From contig JADQBM010000013.1 of the NCBI GenBank assembly GCA_016278615.1, positions 2,607 to 66,606 on the forward strand: a stretch of DNA of 64,000 nucleotides, written 5' to 3'. The DNA comes from Clostridia bacterium. GTDB lineage: Bacteria > Bacillota > Clostridia > Peptostreptococcales > JAAYPU01. Numbering within the stretch: the first letter of the stretch is position 1; each line of letters begins with the position of its first letter. Shown here one piece after another: positions 25,862 to 35,512 of the stretch. The notes below the pieces were generated by a model that saw only the letters and a list, made by a program, of their open reading frames with translations, was not told the origin of the DNA and made no database searches. Both the position numbers and the translations under genes were made by a program.

Positions 25862-27637
25862 CTATCTATATAAATAACATGCAACTTGTCGTCCCTCTAT
25901 TTCAGTCATTTCAGGTTCAACCGACTTACATATGTCTTTAGCAAATTCACATCTTGGATGAAATCTACACCCTTTTGGAGGATGAATTGCGCTGGGAACT
26001 TCCCCTTTAACCGTAGTAAGATCTTTAACACTTTCTGTTTCTAAAGACGGAATTGCATGAAATAATGCACGTGTATAAGGATGCTTGGGGTCACTAAATA
26101 TTTCTCCCGATTCTCCGTATTCAACGATCTTGCCAAGATACATGACAATGATCCTATCTGACATATAATTTACAACACCTAAGTCATGTGAAATCATAAT
26201 ATAAGTCAACTTCATCTTCTCTTTCAAACCATTAAGTAAGTTAAGCACTTGGGATTGAGATATTACATCGATGGCAGAAGTAGGCTCATCCAATACCACT
26301 AATTTAGGCTTCGCAGAAAGAGCTCTTGCTATAGCAATCCTTTGTCGTTGACCTCCACTGAATTCATGAGGATATTTAAAAATACCATCTTTAGGAAGAC
26401 CCACTGTTTCCATTAATTTTTGTATCCTGTCTAAGTATTCATCAGTGGATAGTTTTTCATGTACCTTTAGTGGTTCCCCAACAATATCTTTAACGAGCCA
26501 TCTTGGATTCAATGACCAGTAAGGATCCTGAAATACGATTTGAACATCTTTTCTAGCTTTTCTAAGTTCTTTTTTATTAAGGCTAAAGATATCTTTATTA
26601 TCAAATATGACCTTGCCCTCTGTAGGCTTATGAAGGAGTAGTATTGTATTGACAAGAGTAGATTTTCCACATCCAGACTCACCGACAATACCTAAAATTT
26701 CACCTTTTTTGATGTCTAAATCAATTCCGTCAACAGCTTTAACAAATAAGTCCTTTTTTGTCATGAATTCGTTTTTTACAGGAAAATATTTCTTTAATCC
26801 GGTAACCTTTAGAATGCTTTCCTCAAAGTTTTGATTTGATTTCCTTTCATTATCTCGTTTAGGTGTTATAGAATTAATCAAAATTTTTGTATAATCGTGT
26901 TTTGGGTTTCTTAAAACCTCTTTTGTTTTTCCTTTTTCAACAATTTTTCCGTTGTAAAGAATACCGATATCATCACATAAAGACGTCACCAATGCCAGAT
27001 TGTTAGCAATATATAATACTGTAACACCTAATTCTTCCTGTAGCTCTTTTATTAATTTCAATATCCCTGCTTGGATGGTTACATCTAAATTTCTTGTAGG
27101 TTCATCTGCGATAATGAATTCGGCACCACAAGACAAGGCTATTGCTATGATAATCCTTTGTCTTTGCCCTCCACTTAGCTCATGAGGATACTTCTCCATA
27201 ATTTTTTCAGCATCGGGAAGCTTTACAGTGCTTATCATTTTTATGGCTCTTTTATAAGCCTCTTTCTTTTTGACTTTCTGATTTTCACAGATAACATTAA
27301 CTATTTGATAACCTACTGTAAGTACAGGGTTCAAAGTCGACATGGGATCCTGAAAAATCATAGAAATCTTCTTTCCACGTATGATCCTCATCTGCCTTTC
27401 ACTTTGTTTAAGCAAATCAATGCCATCAAATAATATTGACCCGCTTTCTATCTCTCCTGGAGGCACTGCCAAAAGTCTCTGTATTGTCAATGCAAGTACA
27501 GTCTTTCCTGAACCGCTTTCTCCAACGATACCGAAAGTCTTTCCCTTTTCAATGGCAATATGATCAACATCCAATACATTTTTTGTTCCTTCAAATGTTT
27601 TATAATTCACTTTTAAATTATTTATTTCCAGAAACAT
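25862..27637 (-). CDS. fused double ATPase of a peptide/nickel-type ABC transporter (DppD+DppF-like)
   Basis: 591 aa. Two Walker A motifs (GESGSGKT, GESGCGKS), two LSGGQRQR signatures, C-terminal oligopeptide-type Cys motif. Confidence 0.9.
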   Translation of the reverse strand: MFLEINNLKVNYKTFEGTKNVLDVDHIAIEKGKTFGIVGESGSGKTVLALTIQRLLAVPPGEIESGSILFDGIDLLKQSERQMRIIRGKKISMIFQDPMSTLNPVLTVGYQIVNVICENQKVKKKEAYKRAIKMISTVKLPDAEKIMEKYPHELSGGQRQRIIIAIALSCGAEFIIADEPTRNLDVTIQAGILKLIKELQEELGVTVLYIANNLALVTSLCDDIGILYNGKIVEKGKTKEVLRNPKHDYTKILINSITPKRDNERKSNQNFEESILKVTGLKKYFPVKNEFMTKKDLFVKAVDGIDLDIKKGEILGIVGESGCGKSTLVNTILLLHKPTEGKVIFDNKDIFSLNKKELRKARKDVQIVFQDPYWSLNPRWLVKDIVGEPLKVHEKLSTDEYLDRIQKLMETVGLPKDGIFKYPHEFSGGQRQRIAIARALSAKPKLVVLDEPTSAIDVISQSQVLNLLNGLKEKMKLTYIMISHDLGVVNYMSDRIIVMYLGKIVEYGESGEIFSDPKHPYTRALFHAIPSLETESVKDLTTVKGEVPSAIHPPKGCRFHPRCEFAKDICKSVEPEMTEIEGRQVACYLYR

Positions 27638-27647
27638 CTGTGCCCTC

Positions 27648-28553
27648 CTATAGCTTTCTTGTCTTGGGATCTAGAATCTCTCTCAGTCCATCCCCTAAAA
27701 GATTCAGTGTCATGACTGTGATTAGAATGGCTAACCCAGGAAATGCGCTATACCACCAGGCATTCATGAAATAGTTTCTACTGGTACTAATCATAAGTCC
27801 CCATTCCGGTATGGGAGGCTGTGCACCAAGACCTAAGAAGCCAAGTCCTGCAAGGGCAAGTATTACAGTACCCATATCCATTGATGCTTGAACGATTATA
27901 GGGGAGATGCAATTAGGGATAATATGACTCAAAATGATTTTATATGTAGGTGTACCAATTGCTTCAGCTGCTTTTATAAATTGTCTTTCCCTGAGGGAAA
28001 TGGCCTGCCCTCTTGCTAATCTGGCGTACCATGGCCACCATGTTAGAATTATAGCAAATTGTGCATTTTTTAATGAGGGCCCTAATACAGCTGTAATTGC
28101 TATCGTTAGTAATAACGGAGGAAAACTCATAAATAAATCTGTAATTCTCATAATGATTTCATCAACAAGCTTCCCAATTGTACCCGCAATAGCTCCTAAT
28201 ATTGTTCCTATTACTAAGGCAAATCCGACAACATAGACGCTTGCTTCAAGAGATAATCTTGCCCCATAAAGAATACGAGAAAAAATATCTCTACCAAGTT
28301 CATCTGTTCCAAAAAAATATTGAGATGATGGCGGCATAAGCTTATCTGTCGGGTTATTCTCTAACAATAAGTGTGTCGGATATGGTGCTATTTGAGGAGC
28401 AAAAACAGCAATTAATATCAAAACGAGTAAGATAATTAAGGAAATTCTCGTTAATGTATTTCTTGTTAATAGATAAATGGATAGTCTTAATTCCTTAAGT
28501 TTAGGTTTAATGATTTGTTTTATCAATTGAATACTCTCTGTCATATCATACAC
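27648..28553 (-). CDS. ABC transporter permease (DppC/OppC-like)
   Basis: 301 aa, 6 TM. EAA-like loop AAEAIGTP. Confidence 0.85.
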   Translation of the reverse strand: MYDMTESIQLIKQIIKPKLKELRLSIYLLTRNTLTRISLIILLVLILIAVFAPQIAPYPTHLLLENNPTDKLMPPSSQYFFGTDELGRDIFSRILYGARLSLEASVYVVGFALVIGTILGAIAGTIGKLVDEIIMRITDLFMSFPPLLLTIAITAVLGPSLKNAQFAIILTWWPWYARLARGQAISLRERQFIKAAEAIGTPTYKIILSHIIPNCISPIIVQASMDMGTVILALAGLGFLGLGAQPPIPEWGLMISTSRNYFMNAWWYSAFPGLAILITVMTLNLLGDGLREILDPKTRKL

Positions 28554-28558
28554 ATCCT

Positions 28559-29569
28559 CTACAACCGAATTCTTGGATCTAAAACCATTAATATATCCGC
28601 TATCAAATTAAAAACCGTATAGCTAAGACCCGTTAATAATGTTACACCCATAATTGCAGGAAAATCAAAAGATAAAATTGCATTACCAATATACCTTCCC
28701 ATACCTGGCCAAGAAAAAATAACTTCAATAAGGAACGTTCCTACCAATAAGGTTGCAACTGTCATAGTAAGCACTGTAACAGTTGGTCCCAATGAGTTTT
28801 TAAATGCATAAACCCAAAGTATCAACCTTTCCTTTAAACCGTACGATCTCGCTGCAATTATATAATCTTCGTTGAGTATCTCAAGTAAGGCGGACCTAGT
28901 CATTCTTGCAGAATATCCAATTGGAAACATTGCTAAAGGTATGGCTGGCAAAATAATATGCCTCAAGGCATCCTTAAAAATCACCATATTGCCGGTTATT
29001 AAACTGTCTAATAAGAGTAGTCCTGTAATGTCTGGCAAATCATACATTAATCCGACTTGAAGGCTTACTCTGCTGCCAACAGGTAGCCATCCTAACCATC
29101 CATAGAAAATGAGCTGGAGCATAAGAGCAATCCAAAAAGATGGTAAAGATACAGCGCCTACTGAGAAAAACCGACATATGTGATCAAACCAACTGTTTTT
29201 GTTTTTAGCGGAATATAAGCCCAATGGGATCCCTATTATTACACCCAAAAATGTCCCCACTATTATTAATTCAAGGGTTGCGGGCAAGTATTGTAACAGT
29301 TCTTCCGTTACAGGTTTATGTGATACTAAAGAATACCCCAAATCCCCATGCAAAATATCTGTAATATATTTACCAAATTGAACAAAGACAGGTTCGTCTA
29401 ATCCCAGTTTGATTCTTGCTGCAGCAATTTGCTCGGCTGTAGCACGTGGTCCAACCCATTTGGCTGCCGGATCAGTTGGAATAATTCTGGTCAGCGTAAA
29501 AGTAATGACGATTAGCCCAAACAAAACAAAAGCACTGACTAAAATCCTTCGAATTATATATTTTGCCAT
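28559..29569 (-). CDS. ABC transporter permease (DppB/OppB-like)
   Basis: Start moved to MAKYIIRRIL, the typical OppB N-terminus, preceded by AAGGAG. Confidence 0.85.
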   Translation of the reverse strand: MAKYIIRRILVSAFVLFGLIVITFTLTRIIPTDPAAKWVGPRATAEQIAAARIKLGLDEPVFVQFGKYITDILHGDLGYSLVSHKPVTEELLQYLPATLELIIVGTFLGVIIGIPLGLYSAKNKNSWFDHICRFFSVGAVSLPSFWIALMLQLIFYGWLGWLPVGSRVSLQVGLMYDLPDITGLLLLDSLITGNMVIFKDALRHIILPAIPLAMFPIGYSARMTRSALLEILNEDYIIAARSYGLKERLILWVYAFKNSLGPTVTVLTMTVATLLVGTFLIEVIFSWPGMGRYIGNAILSFDFPAIMGVTLLTGLSYTVFNLIADILMVLDPRIRL

Positions 29570-29655
29570 TAAATCAACTCCTTGTTGAATCCATACCTTT
29601 AAGCATGTCATATTTTATTGCATATAAATTGTAATTAAAAGATTAAAAAATATAC

Positions 29656-31251
29656 TTATTCTTCTCTATAGCAATCATACCAACTGACACAAGCATTATA
29701 GGCAGGATTAAATTCAAATCCTTTTACACTGCTGTTCAGGACCCAAATCCCTGCATGGTCATATTGCGGAATAACTACTGCATCTTCCATGATTTGTTTC
29801 TGTGCCTCGACAAACTTTTCAGCAGCTTGATTTCTATCAATACCGCTAAGACGGATACCTTCTTCAATGAATTGATCCACATCGTCATTTTCATAATAGC
29901 AGAGATTAAATATTATCTGATCTTCTGAATGATACAATGATTGCAACCAACTATCCGGTGAGCAAACATCCGGCCACCATCTGAAGCTGCATATATCTTG
30001 TCTATCTTCCGGATTCTCTGCTTTTGCCATTGCCCATTCACTATCCCAAGGCATTGCTCTTAATTCAAGTTCAACCCCGATTTTTGCTAATTCTGTTTTA
30101 TACAATTCAGCAGTCTTCTTCATATCTTCCGGACCATTGATATACGTGTATACTAATTTAAATCCGCCATCAGGATATCCTGCCTGATCAAGCAGTTCTT
30201 TGGCTTTGTCTAAATCATAAGTATATTGAGGAATGTCTTCACTGTAACCCCACATATTTGCAGGCAGTACACCTCTTGTTTGTTCGGCATAACCATTCAT
30301 TACATACTCAATTACATCCTCATAAGGAAATGCATAGCTAAGCGCTTGCCTGACCAATTTGTTGTCTAAAGGTGCTTTGTCCGTATTGAAGTATGCCGCT
30401 GTATTTACAAAGGTTGGCACTTCTACAACGGATAAATTGGGGTTCTGTCTAATTATCGGAAGGTCTTCTAAATTTACTCCCCCCGCATCTAATTCACCTG
30501 CTTCAAACATTTGCCTTCTGGTTGCGCCTTCTAGAATACTTTTAATAACTACTTTTTCAAAATGTTTGCCTTCCCAGCCTTTCCAATAATCATCAAATTT
30601 TGATAATACAACTTGATCTCCCTGAACAGAGCTTTCAATGATATACGGTCCTGATCCTGCTTCCTTATCCATATACCAGCCTTCTGGATCTGCTTCAGCT
30701 GCATCTTTAGAATGAATATATGCTGCGTAATTGCTTGCGGAGATTAAGTCCATAGGTGCAGGATATTTTACGGACATTTCCACAGTATATTCATCTATAA
30801 CTTTTATTTCTTCAACAGGGCCCCAAATAAAAGCAGCACCATTTCCTATTTCCATTGTTCTATCAATAGAATATTTGACATCTTCTGCCGTCAGGTCCGT
30901 ACCGTCATGAAATTTAACACCTTCTCGAATTTTAAATGTCCATGTTAAACCATCATCAGTTTTTGAATATTCTGTTGCCAAACAAGGAACAATCTTATCC
31001 TCTTTAGGATTATATCTTAATAATGTTTCATAAACATTTGACATAACAGCAACACTATCTGAATACATTACGGCTGGATCCCATTCCATGGTGAGAGTTG
31101 AGCCATATGCTTGCACAGCAACATCTCCAATTGCCTGTCCTGATGAATCTACTTCCCCTCCACATCCGGATAATAATGTCGTTACTATCATTATCATAAT
31201 AAGAATAATACAAATTTTTGTCCTTAATTTGTTTTGTTTTCTTAAAATCAT
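29656..31251 (-). CDS. ABC transporter substrate-binding lipoprotein, family 5 (peptide/nickel)
   Basis: 531 aa. Lipobox LLSGC. SBP_bac_5-like length and blocks. Confidence 0.85.
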   Translation of the reverse strand: MILRKQNKLRTKICIILIMIMIVTTLLSGCGGEVDSSGQAIGDVAVQAYGSTLTMEWDPAVMYSDSVAVMSNVYETLLRYNPKEDKIVPCLATEYSKTDDGLTWTFKIREGVKFHDGTDLTAEDVKYSIDRTMEIGNGAAFIWGPVEEIKVIDEYTVEMSVKYPAPMDLISASNYAAYIHSKDAAEADPEGWYMDKEAGSGPYIIESSVQGDQVVLSKFDDYWKGWEGKHFEKVVIKSILEGATRRQMFEAGELDAGGVNLEDLPIIRQNPNLSVVEVPTFVNTAAYFNTDKAPLDNKLVRQALSYAFPYEDVIEYVMNGYAEQTRGVLPANMWGYSEDIPQYTYDLDKAKELLDQAGYPDGGFKLVYTYINGPEDMKKTAELYKTELAKIGVELELRAMPWDSEWAMAKAENPEDRQDICSFRWWPDVCSPDSWLQSLYHSEDQIIFNLCYYENDDVDQFIEEGIRLSGIDRNQAAEKFVEAQKQIMEDAVVIPQYDHAGIWVLNSSVKGFEFNPAYNACVSWYDCYREE

Positions 31252-31372
31252 TTTTCACCCTCCTACTTCCTTTTTAAATATAAGAAACATTTACCTCCTC
31301 CCAGAATTTATGATTCTAATTGGTCTTAGTAAACATAGTCAGTCAAATAAAATTCTTACTAAAGGTTAACAA

Positions 31373-31388
31373 TGCAAAACTAATGCCA
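31373..31388 (-). promoter_or_regulatory. sigma-54 promoter TGGCAT-tagtt-TTGCA upstream of the ABC operon
   Basis: Reverse complement of tgcaaaactaatgcca. Near-consensus with 10-nt GG-GC spacing. About 120 nt upstream of ATG 31251. Confidence 0.8.
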
Positions 31389-31654
31389 GAAAATTCTCGA
31401 AATAATAAATATTCACAGCGCTGAATTGAGAGCTTTCGTAAAAAATAAAAGATAAACGATATCCATTATTGAATAAAAATAATGACAACATGTCTTTAGC
31501 CTACTTAAATAATCACGAAATAGCATAATATCCATATGGGGATATTATATGCACTTATGGATAATGCTGCGAATATCGCAATTCGTCTTTGTTTTATATG
31601 ATAAATTTAAATCATGAGATAAGACAAATTACTCGAAAAAACGAGCATATTAGT

Positions 31655-31693
31655 AAACATGGAGTGCTCCTTAAAACGTTGCACTCCATGTTT
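31655..31693 (-). terminator. 13-bp stem hairpin after the third DmpA paralog
   Basis: aaacatggagtgc-(13 nt)-gcactccatgttt, 15 nt after the stop at 31708. Confidence 0.5.
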
Positions 31694-31707
31694 CACAATC
31701 TTACTTA

Positions 31708-32688
31708 TTAATCTTTATTTATCAAATCTTTATAACATATGATATTTTCAATAGCCGCGGCTTTTTTTACTGCATTCAAAATCGCATTTTCAATACATTT
31801 GACAGCCATTACTTCTACAAGCATCATGCTTGCTTCAACCTCACCAGTAGCCATAGTAAAAAGCATATCACCATCTGACATGGTATGCACGGGTTTTATC
31901 GTACGTGCCATTCCGCAATGCCCCACTGATGATATTTTCGAAGCTTGAGATTTTGTTAGTTTTGCATTGGTGATGATAACACCTATTGTTGTATTTCCTT
32001 TCTCTGCATTTTCTGACTCAAAATGCTCAAGAATATATTTTTCTGTATCTATAAATTTATTTTTCTTTGTATTCAGTGCTCCTGCAATGATTTCAGATGT
32101 AGATGGATCAATTACATCCCCGATTGCATTTACCACCATGATTGCTCCAACATACAAATCACCTTTTTTCAGACAAAAGCTTCCCAATCCGCCTTTCATG
32201 GCAGACTGAAGACCAAGAATTTTGCCTACTGTTGCTCCTGTTCCAGCACCAATGGTTCCGTCTTTCCATGGTTTTTTCAGGAAGGCATTCTGACACGCCT
32301 TGTATGCCATATCTTCATCAGGTCTTGACTTAGAATCTCCTACACATAAATCAAATATGATGGCCTGTGTGACATAAGGAATGATAATGTCCCTGATTTG
32401 ATATCCTATGCCATTGTCTTCTAAGAAACGCTCCACACCTCCTGCTGCATTCAATCCATAACTACTGCCTCCCGAGATCAAAACCGCATTACAAGCATCC
32501 GGATCATTTCTTGGATCCAAATTATCCAGGTGCCTCCCACCCGGAAGCCCCCCTCTTACATCCACACCTGTAACTGCATGTTCCATCTTGTTACATATAA
32601 TTACAGTACAGCCTGTTGCTCCTTTATAATCTTGTTCATGTCCAATTAGAAAATCTTTTATTTCTGATAGTTGTATTTCCTCCACCAT
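31708..32688 (-). CDS. P1 family peptidase (DmpA-like, shorter and more divergent), paralog 3
   Basis: 326 aa. GCTVII, GGSSYGL, GAGTGATVGK and GVIITNA blocks typical of S58/P1 peptidases. Confidence 0.8.
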   Translation of the reverse strand: MVEEIQLSEIKDFLIGHEQDYKGATGCTVIICNKMEHAVTGVDVRGGLPGGRHLDNLDPRNDPDACNAVLISGGSSYGLNAAGGVERFLEDNGIGYQIRDIIIPYVTQAIIFDLCVGDSKSRPDEDMAYKACQNAFLKKPWKDGTIGAGTGATVGKILGLQSAMKGGLGSFCLKKGDLYVGAIMVVNAIGDVIDPSTSEIIAGALNTKKNKFIDTEKYILEHFESENAEKGNTTIGVIITNAKLTKSQASKISSVGHCGMARTIKPVHTMSDGDMLFTMATGEVEASMMLVEVMAVKCIENAILNAVKKAAAIENIICYKDLINKD

Positions 32689-32718
32689 CCAGACTCCTCC
32701 AATCTTGGATTATTTAGT

Positions 32719-32958
32719 TTAAAAGTGTTCCTTCATACTAGCTTCAACTTCCTTTAGCCACTCTTTGCGTTCTTCAATAGTACTTCCGTCAATCACTCTG
32801 AACATTCTTCTTTGAACATTTTCTACCCCGCAAAAACCAAAGATACAGTTTTTCCATAGGGTTTCCAGGGGATCTTTAAAGACTTCTAATTCTGTTTTCT
32901 CCGGTGTATTGGAGGTAATAAAAACAATCACTGCCTTGGTTTTACTTTTAATTTTCAT
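32719..32958 (-). pseudogene. probable C-terminal remnant of a flavodoxin-like-fold NAD(P)H oxidoreductase
   Basis: Only 79 aa. KAVIVFITSNTPE...LWKNCIFGFCGVENV...STIEERKEWLKEV resembles the last roughly 80 residues of Flavodoxin_2/NQO-type proteins, which are about 180 aa. Begins 9 nt after the preceding gene. Confidence 0.35.
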
Positions 32959-32967
32959 TTTGTATAT

Positions 32968-33438
32968 TTAAGTTCCTGCCTTGCCGGTCATATGCTCTAT
33001 GCTGATTTCGATTACAGAGAAGTTTTCCGACTCTGCGTCCATATAGTCCTGGCCAGAATCCAAATGGTCTTTGGCGTATTTTTTTACGATTGCCATAATC
33101 CCCTGCCTGATTTCCATTGGATCAGTTAAGATTCTGGCTTTTCCGAACACCACCGTGCTACGGTAAAGGGTATTGAATGCCTCCGGTATGATCTTGTCCT
33201 GGGTAACGACACAAAAAGAAATCTTAGATTCTTTCCTGATGGCATCCAACTTGTGACTATCCGCCGAAGTACTGTGAAAATAAATCTTATCCTTTTCATA
33301 GGCAAAGCTCACCGGTACAGCATACGGATATCCATCATCTCCTGTAACTGCCAGTACACCGTTTGAAGCTGTCTTCAGCATTTCCTCTGCTTCTTCCTGA
33401 GTGGTCATATTACCTGCAAGTCTCATTTCTCTAAACAT
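32968..33438 (-). CDS. pyridoxamine 5'-phosphate oxidase family (NimA-like flavin-binding) protein
   Basis: 156 aa. MFREMR...NGVLAVTGDDGYPYAVPVSFAY...IYFHS pattern. Confidence 0.8.
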   Translation of the reverse strand: MFREMRLAGNMTTQEEAEEMLKTASNGVLAVTGDDGYPYAVPVSFAYEKDKIYFHSTSADSHKLDAIRKESKISFCVVTQDKIIPEAFNTLYRSTVVFGKARILTDPMEIRQGIMAIVKKYAKDHLDSGQDYMDAESENFSVIEISIEHMTGKAGT

Positions 33439-33701
33439 GTTATTTCTCTCCTTTTTGTAGAAATCATTATTCTAAAAACACGCATTTTATAATGGTAAAA
33501 TATTATCAAACATGGTGATTAGGAATAATATATAGTTGTAAACTTCTATAATTCTCCACAAATTTACAAAACCCTTCTATATGTCGAAAGATTTGAAGTG
33601 GTTAGGGATAATAAAAATATATTCTTAATGAATAATACAACAAAAGAGCAGCAGTTAGGCTACTCTTTTCATCCTTTTATATAAAAAAAATCTATTATTA
33701 T

Positions 33702-34184
33702 TTAGCTGTAGTAATTCTTTATTAATCCACAAGCCAATCTTTTCCCTGCATCCCCTGCGGGCTGTGTTCTATAGTCATCAGGGTTTTGATGTATAATGAT
33801 TGATTTACCAATGGCATCTTGTGGCTTAAATTTATTGGTAAAAAATGACATGATTGCTCTGCCATTATTTGAAAATAACACGGGAAAATCTCCTACATGA
33901 TTTCCGTGAGGCTCATTTGTTGGATTCCAATGTTCACCCGCAGCTTGGAATGGGTCCGCAGGATCTCCTATACGACATACGCCATTTTCGTGAATATGAA
34001 AGCCATGGGGTCCAATGGGATCTCCATTTTGAGCGGGTTGATATTCAGGAAGACCACTTATATTGGCAGACACCATGGTCCCGCCATATACTTCTTTAAA
34101 AGTAACCACGCCTTTTATATCTGGAGCAAGAGGCCCCCCTTTTATATTGGCTATGGCCATCTGGGACATATTATTATAATTCAT
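33702..34184 (-). CDS. sodC: Cu/Zn superoxide dismutase family protein, no signal peptide
   Basis: 160 aa. GFHIHENG, GNHVGDFP and HQNPDDY...GDAGKRLACG metal-ligand blocks. Confidence 0.85.
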   Translation of the reverse strand: MNYNNMSQMAIANIKGGPLAPDIKGVVTFKEVYGGTMVSANISGLPEYQPAQNGDPIGPHGFHIHENGVCRIGDPADPFQAAGEHWNPTNEPHGNHVGDFPVLFSNNGRAIMSFFTNKFKPQDAIGKSIIIHQNPDDYRTQPAGDAGKRLACGLIKNYYS

Positions 34185-34390
34185 CTTATTACACTCCTAA
34201 ATGAAATCTATCCTATATTCTATGTCCTATTTATTTATAGTGTTACCCAGACAATTACAATTACAATCAAGAGGGCATTTCTGTCAAATTTCTCTCAAAG
34301 TCGCCAGTAAACTATTTAGATCAGTTAATTAATAATATCTTTTTACGAATTTTATAAATTCCCTCTGTTTAAATAAATGGTATGAAAGAT

Positions 34391-34425
34391 GAAACTCCTG
34401 AAGAATTGCTTCCTTCAGGAGTTTC
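34391..34425 (-). terminator. 13-bp perfect stem hairpin downstream of dut
   Basis: gaaactcctgaag-aattgcttc-cttcaggagtttc. Confidence 0.6.
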
Positions 34426-34514
34426 AGTTTGAAATCATAAATATATCATTTAGAGTGGTTTGAAGATTAGAAAAGTGAGATGCATTAACAAAGCCTTTAA
34501 GTTTTGCTACTTGA

Positions 34515-34952
34515 TTATTTTTTCCCCGTATGTCCAAAACCGCCTTCTCCTCTTGTGGTCTCCATAAGCTTGTCCACTGCTTCCCACTGAATACGTTGGT
34601 ATTTACAAATAATCATCTGCGCAATTCGATCCCCCTGCTGTATAGAGAAATCTGAATCGCCCCAGTTTATCAATGGCACTTTTATTTCGCCTCTATAATC
34701 GCTATCAATGGTTCCCACACCATTGACCAATCCAATACCATATTTAACTGCAAGTCCACTTCTTGCTCTTACTTGAGCCTCTAGTCCCTCAGGAAGTTCT
34801 ATATAAATACCCGTTGGAACCAATGCCCTCTCACCGGGTTTCAAGGCAATGGGTTCACTCACAGCCGCTCTCAAGTCCATTCCAGCTGAACCTTTGGTTT
34901 CATACTCCGGAAGCGGCACCCCATCCGCTTTGATTTTAACACTAATAATCAT
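34515..34952 (-). CDS. dut: dUTP diphosphatase
   Basis: 145 aa. [22 protein letters not shown] and [10 protein letters not shown] motifs. Confidence 0.95.
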   Translation of the reverse strand: MIISVKIKADGVPLPEYETKGSAGMDLRAAVSEPIALKPGERALVPTGIYIELPEGLEAQVRARSGLAVKYGIGLVNGVGTIDSDYRGEIKVPLINWGDSDFSIQQGDRIAQMIICKYQRIQWEAVDKLMETTRGEGGFGHTGKK

Positions 34953-34975
34953 TTATCTCACCTCGATGCATTTAT

Positions 34976-35512
34976 TTATAAAATGTGAAGTATAAATATG
35001 ACTCCTGCGGAGTAGTTTAAGTGGAGATTGCCACGCTGCGCTCGCAATGACAAGACTATTATACTTATCTTATGTTTAAAGTTCGTAAATCGTAGTTCGA
35101 AGTTCGTGGTTCGAGATTCGTGGGGACACAGTTCGTGGTTTGGAGTTCGAAGTTCGTGGGGACACTGTTTGGAGTTTGAAGTTCGTAGTATGTGGTTCAT
35201 GATTGAGATTGCCACGCTGCGCTCGCAATGACAGGAGTATTTTAAATTTGGTGTTCGAAGTTCGAAACTTACACACACTTATACTTAAGCTTCTACTTAC
35301 ACTTCTCCGCTTCGCTCGCAATAACAATCAAAGATTTTGTGTAAATCCACCTTAACTCTTATCTGTTATCTCTCACTTACACTTACACTTATACTTATAC
35401 TTAACTTCCCCTATTACGGGCAGGCACAGGGACCAGCCCCTACAGTTTTTACTTATACTTACACTTCAACTTATACTTATACTTATACTTATACTTATAC
35501 TTATACTTACTC
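34976..35512. repeat. composite low-complexity intergenic element
   Basis: Contains 29-bp perfect direct repeats (35024-35052 and 35205-35233), RGTTCGW heptamer runs (35091-35188), CTTAYA/TTATAC hexamer microsatellites (35375-35405 and 35471-35506) and a GC hairpin ending GCCCCTAC (35418-35444). All read directly. Confidence 0.9.
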
